A DNA stretch of 64,000 nucleotides from Raillietiella orientalis (Eukaryota), in assembly GCA_036172245.1 (NCBI GenBank), contig JAYWIR010000009.1:3472001-3536000 (forward strand), written 5' to 3'. The notes beneath the pieces are model-generated. The model worked only from the letters and a program-made list of their open reading frames with translations, had not been told where the DNA came from and did not search any database. A program made the translations under genes and the position numbers. Each line of letters opens with the position of its first letter. Position 1 is the first letter of the stretch. Positions 58,741 to 64,000 of the stretch are shown here, piece after piece.

Positions 58741-59149
58741 TTCACGGAGACGAGGGTGAGGTATTTCGAGACGGGAGACTGAGTCCTGTGCGGAAGAATC
58801 GAAAATCAAAATTGCAAATGGAGGACTTCGGGAATCCGAAAACTTTCACGCATGAACTAGGAATCCGCCAGGAAGAACGGGAACCTGCTGCCGGAGCTCC
58901 TTTCGACTTAATGAAATTTACCTCTCCGGAAAAATCACTGATCGGCGCCTCTTCCTGATTCCGAGGATCCTTTCCTCCGAGGAGGCGAGGCGGATGGATT
59001 CCGGCTGGCCAGCACAGCAAGCGAGCGCTGAGTTCATCTCCCATAGGCTCGCCGGAGATGGGGAAGGAAGGGGGGAAAGACCTAAGTCACGAGCCTGAGA
59101 GGGGTCAGGGAGCAGCGCGGCCGGCAGTGGCTCCCTCTCCACGAGGAGG

Positions 59150-59620
59150 AAAACCCAGCACCGTCGACAGCTTGGACCACCGACGTAGCCTCTTCGTTCA
59201 TGATCGAAGAGTGGCGGCGTCCACCAGCTAGCTCGTTGCCCGGCTCGCTTGGAGGATTGGTCGCTCCTGAGGTAGCGCAGGAGAAATTCCACCCCACCTG
59301 CAGGCTTCTGCCGTCGCTTGCCCTCGGGGTAGACAGCGCTGCAGCAAGTGGTCAGGCGACCAGGGTTCTGAACTTCTAGCCCTGCAGCACCTCCACGGAG
59401 GAGACGCAGAGGACGAAGTTCTACCGGAAGCATGCTTTGGAACGCAGCCCGAGACACAACCGCCTTCTGCCGCCAAGCAGCAGAGTGGAGAGACTCCATG
59501 CGTGCCACCTCGCGGCGGCGGAGATGAGGGAAAACAACATTGCGCCTGGGAGAAGCGCCCGTCGTGGTGCTTTGGATCCTCCGTCGTTCGAGGCGTTTCC
59601 ATAGAAGCGAGGAGAGTCTC
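59150..59620 (-). mobile_element. LINE subfamily 2, internal ORF2 fragment
   Basis: Diverged direct repeat of 58020-58400 (e.g. GTCCACCAGCT, GCTCGCTTGGAGG, CCGAGACACAACCGCC). Confidence 0.7.
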
Positions 59621-60759
59621 TGGCTTGCTCTCATCGGCAGCGCCCTTCCGCACGGAGATCCAGAGGCGACCCAGAGCCCCTGTGCCTTGGCCTGGAAGGC
59701 AAGGCAAGGCCAGGGCAGGAACTCAAGAAACCAGAAGACAGTGTCTTCTTCCCGCGGTTCTCTTCGCGCTCTTTCTGAGGATCCGGTAGGTCTCAAAGGC
59801 AAATCTTCCGGTCGCTCGTCTCTGGCATCCAAGAGGGCAGATCCAAGAGGGCTGCAGAGCACATAGCATAGCGTGATGGACAGCTACCGGATGAATCCCA
59901 AACGACTCGGGATGATCTTCTAGGAGGAACGCGGCTTGCGAAATCGTCCCGCGGGAACATGGGTGGACACGAGCGGGTGACATCCGGTTCGGATGAGCTC
60001 TGACGGCCACGGGACGACTGCGCGCTCGTCGGCGCCGTCGCTGCTGCAGCGCCCGAGCAATACCGCTCCCTTGGTCCCTTCCGGGTTCCAGGCAACCGGG
60101 CTCAGGGATTCGTGCATCCCGGAACGGGGGAAGATGAGCCCGGATCAGAAAGGCGGTTGCTGCTACGGGACCCGACCTCCGCGCCCAATCAGCGACGGAG
60201 GATTAGGGGCTCCGGGACCTTCAAGAAGGAGAACGGAGGGGGAATGGGGAGTTCCCACCCACGTCGAGCAGGGATTCCTCGGCTCCTCCGCCAGCCTCAG
60301 AGTTCCGTTCGCTTTGTGACGGGCTTAGCAGGTCCCAAGCTCCCTGAGAGGAATCCGCGAAGAATCAGCGCCGTAAAGGCACGCGGCTGCCCCGACGGCG
60401 CCGGAATCGACCGCATGCCTTTCCACCTCTGCTGTCTCGCTTGCCTGTAGGATGTCTGACTACTCTTCCCTGCACGGCTGGCAGGATCCGCGACAGCCCT
60501 GAGTGAATGGTCTCCCGGTTGGGGCGGATGCGCACCGCTGCGCCAAGCACTCGGGCCGGGGAACTTCCAGGACCGTGCTCCAAGAAGTAGCCGCTGTCCA
60601 GCTACTGCACCCGAACGGCTCGGTTCTTCTCCTCCTCCTCGGTGTCAGCAGACTGGGAGGTTCTCTTCTTGGGTCAGTCTGTTCCGTACAGTGGGAGCAC
60701 CGTGCCGAACTGGGACACAAGGGGAGCTCCTGAGCCGACCCTTCATGGTCGTTTGGACC

Positions 60760-61500
60760 GCGGTGACATCCATCTTGTGGCCACTCCCTCCGGGGTCCTT
60801 CCAGGAGTCAAAGATCCGATTCCCTTCGGGGCTCCCGCTAGGGACCAGCTCTAGTCAGTGGACCGCTCCTCGGGGGGCAAGCTCGAGGGACCTCTATCAA
60901 CCACCGTGGAGCTGGTGGGTTGATCCCTCTCCAGAGTGTGAAGGAGAGAGCTGCTCCCTTGGGGGCTTTCTTCAGAGGAGGAAGAAAAAAGGAGTGGATC
61001 CCTTCCGGGTTCCCTCCGGAGAACAAGCAGTGGAGCGACCCCCTCTGGGGAACCCTTCAGAGAGAATGAGGGAGAAGTTCCCTTAGGAATTCCCTCCCAA
61101 GCATGAGAGGAACAGACTCTTTCCTCCGGAGCCGTTGACACCTCTCCAGAGTGTCAAGTGAGCCAATCCCTTCGGGGGAGAGCCCTCCAGAGAATGGGGG
61201 AGCGTCCCTTCGGGATTCTCTTCAGAGGAGGGAAAAACCAGGAGTTGATCCTTTCGGGGTTCCCTCCAGGTAAGTAACGATGGAGCGGCCCCCTCTAGGG
61301 GGTCCCTTTGGGGAGAATAAGGAAGAGATGGTTCTCTTTGTGGTTCCCCGCCAAGCGGACTCATTCTTCCGGAGCCTTCCTGAATTCATAAGGTGGCACC
61401 CTCTTCGGACATCCCCTCAATTTGAAGAGCTAACATGCACCCTAAGGGGACGTGGACAGTGTCGAAGGGCTTCGTGAGGCCCTCCAGGAGAACAGTGCTT
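60760..61500 (+). mobile_element. Headless SINE-like copy with an internal duplication
   Basis: Two similar blocks start GTTGA..CCTCTCCAGAGTGT (about 60919 and 61134). The tail CCCCTCAATTTGAAGAGCTAACATGCACCCT matches the 33.1-kb copy. Confidence 0.65.
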
Positions 61501-62410
61501 GAGCGCTAAGCGGACAAAGCGCCTCAGCCGCTCCGACCCGCGGGGGGAGGGGGGAGGGCGCCGTTTGCAAGGCAGATTCCAGGACGAAGGATGCGGCGGC
61601 GTGGTCCCACCTGGAAAGAGCAGCGAAAAGGGAGGTTGCCTGCTCCTCACACGGGATGCGGGAGATTCGCAAGAGCTGGACCGGAACCCCGGGACGCCGC
61701 GTGCGCACGCTGATCTGATTTACGCATTTGGACCTTCGTGCTCAATCTTCTTTGGGCCGGAGTGATCCCGGCCATCGACCCCGGGACGCCGCAGGGACTC
61801 TGCCCCACTTATCTGTTCCCATTTACCTTCCCTTATTTATTCAACATCTTGAACAAATAAAAAAACGAAGGGTCGCGTGCCTCACTCGGGGAGGAAGCAG
61901 GAAAAAGAGTGATGGAGAGGAACAGGGATGGAGGTGGGGCTCTGTCCCCACGGTGATGGACAGAGACTCTGGATAGCCTTCTTCTACCAAAGACGGAAGG
62001 AGAGGCAATGGGATACCAAGCCGGAGGTCACGACCCCGTCTGCTCGCCGTTGCTCCCTGCCGTCCCACCTTCCAGAGACGTCTGCACCCTGCTCGCGCAG
62101 CGCGATCCCCGCGCGGCAGTCAGCGCCGCGGGATGTCCTCAGTCCGCGTGCGGTCCCGCAGCAGACGGCTTGCCACGTGCGGAGGCGTGCTTCTCCTCCG
62201 AAAGTGGGCTGTCGCCGCCAGCTCTGGACAGCGGGCGGAACGCCACTCTTCCCGAAACGCAGGGCACCATCTCCCGGATAGCTTCGGAAGCTCCCGCGAT
62301 CTTCCGCGGGATGATCGCAAGGGGATCCGAGTTCTAAGTTTCCTCTGTGCACGAGAGGGAGTCTGTGTCGCCCCCTAGCCATCCGTAGGGTCTTCTGGAT
62401 GGAGGAAGAC

Positions 62411-63080
62411 GGCCCGCGTTGACACGCACCCGCGTGGCTGCGGTCTGCGTGAGTGGTGCCAAGCGCCGCGGGTTCGAACCCCACCCGAGGGGGAAGGGTC
62501 GACGCCGAGAAATGGAAGGGGTGAGTCGTGATTTTTGAGTCCCTTCCATCCGACAGTATGGTGCTGGTTGGCTTGTGGGCGTCAGGAAACCCCCGTTGAC
62601 CGGTTGGGATTGGGAGTTGACCTCGGGGTTCCACGGAGTCGAAGGGTTCCTTTCCTGCCACGAAAATGGAACCCTCGCCGTCCCGGGGAGCGACTCTCCA
62701 TCGGAGTGCCATGTAGCTGGCTGATACCCCCCTCAGAGGGTCGCCTCTCCATGGTGTCAGAAGCACTGTTCCCTTCGGGGTTCTCTTTAGAGGAGAAGAA
62801 AACAAGGAGCGGTTCCCTTGCAGGTTCCCTCCGGACAAGAAACGAGGAGTGTCGAGGGGGGTCTCTCCGGAGAGAGCAAGGAAAAGGTCCCCTTAGGAGA
62901 CAACCAGGATGGAGAATCCCCTTCAGGGTTCCTGACCCAAGCTTAAGAGGGGAACAGACCCCTCCCTCTGAAGCCTTCCTTGATTCATAGGATGCTCCCC
63001 TATAACTTGAAGAGTCACACGCGCCTTCGAGTGGCGCGGACGGTGCTAAAGGTCTCCGTGAACACCACATGAGGAGGCGG
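62411..63080 (+). mobile_element. tRNA-derived SINE-like element
   Basis: Head GGCCCGCGTTGAC...CGCGGGTTCGAACCC, the same body repeats, and tail GATTCATAGG...CCCCTATAACTTGAAGAG. Confidence 0.7.
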
Positions 63081-64000
63081 GCGGTTCTTCGGCGCTTGGA
63101 GGATGACGACGGTTTTTTTTTTACCACGGGGCGGTGGGATTTCCAGCATTTTGCTGTTCCATGCTAAACTTTGGCATAGGAAAAGGGATCCCGTACCGAT
63201 CCAAACAGGAGGAGGGTGAAGCAGCGAGAGGCATTAGCTGACCATGGACAGCGCACATTAGGAAGACGGGGAAATGGACCAAAGCTGAAGGTGGATTCGT
63301 TGCACACGCAAGAAGCTCCTTGCGGCAGATGAAAGCAAATCCAGGAGCCTCGACGAGCCGTTCCTGGAAAATAGGGGGAAAAAAGGGGGAGAGAGCGAAG
63401 GGAGCAGCCAAAGAACCTCGACGTATCTTTAATGGAGCTGCGTTCGAGGCGCCGGAGGACAGATTTGGGGCAGGTGGCTTGAAACAGGCCCGGGGGCCAA
63501 GCGCAGTGAGGCCCCAGGATGCTGAGTGACTCGCCCTATAGAGAGAAAGCGGACTTCAATTTTTCCGGGAGCAGCGGAGCAGGCGTGAAGGGACTCAAGC
63601 CAGGAGCGGTCCGAAAGGAAGTGGCGTGAGAGATTTCCGCCTGTGAGAGCTCTTCAGCTTCCGGTCAGGTGTACCCCCTGACCACGGGCCACCGCGCACG
63701 AGTGCGGCGCGTGGACTGCGGCTTCCAGAACGAGGAGCTACCGAGGAAGAGACGCCCAGAAGCGGGTCCACGGACCAGGGGCGGACTGGAGGACAGGACG
63801 CGGCGGTGGATTCGCCGGGTGCACCGAGAGGTCGAGCTTTGACCGCAGCAAACCCGAGTCTCAGTGACCCACAGGGACCAGAGTGCATCCATAGGTGTTT
63901 CCTTCCCCCCTCCCCTCTCCTACTTCAGCATGGGTCCCCCAGCCTGCTCGAGCTCTTCGGTGCTTGGCCATTCCTGACTTCAAGGTCACGCTCTGCCCAA

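Noticed and set aside
57655..58809. 384-aa ORF as an intact gene
   Set aside because: It lies in a decayed LINE, and the recognisable ORF2 motifs switch between frames.
60850..61400. CRISPR-like repeat-spacer array
   Set aside because: The units are degenerate and irregularly spaced, the intervening sequences are related to each other, there are no cas genes, and the context is a eukaryotic SINE body.

Overview
This is GC-rich, repeat-dense eukaryotic DNA, most likely from an arthropod (inferred from the gene family present). Nearly all of the six-frame ORFs look like chance products of high GC content. One intact spliced gene can be assembled on the minus strand: a Dpr-family (defective proboscis extension response) two-Ig-domain cell-surface protein. 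It has 5 coding exons from 53837 to 23374, encodes 304 aa, and all splice junctions are GT-AG and phase-compatible. Outside it there is a frameshifted, apparently intronless ABCG transporter fragment at about 8.3-8.75 kb. The rest is mostly decayed mobile DNA: many fragments of an L1/Tx1-type LINE in two subfamilies, about six copies of a tRNA-headed SINE-like element with an internal degenerate minisatellite, and a Ty3/gypsy pol remnant. The most notable observations are four. (1) A ~1.5-kb foldback palindrome is hidden around the AT-rich island in dpr intron 3. (2) A 3'-terminal hairpin (CCCGG-N5-CCGGG) is conserved across both LINE subfamilies, which show no long poly(A) tail. (3) One LINE is nested in another, with a candidate target-site duplication. 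(4) There are several long, near-perfect hairpins and alternative phase-compatible terminal acceptors in dpr. I see no evidence of a prokaryotic-type system such as CRISPR or operons. All homology calls come from reading motifs by eye, not from database searches.
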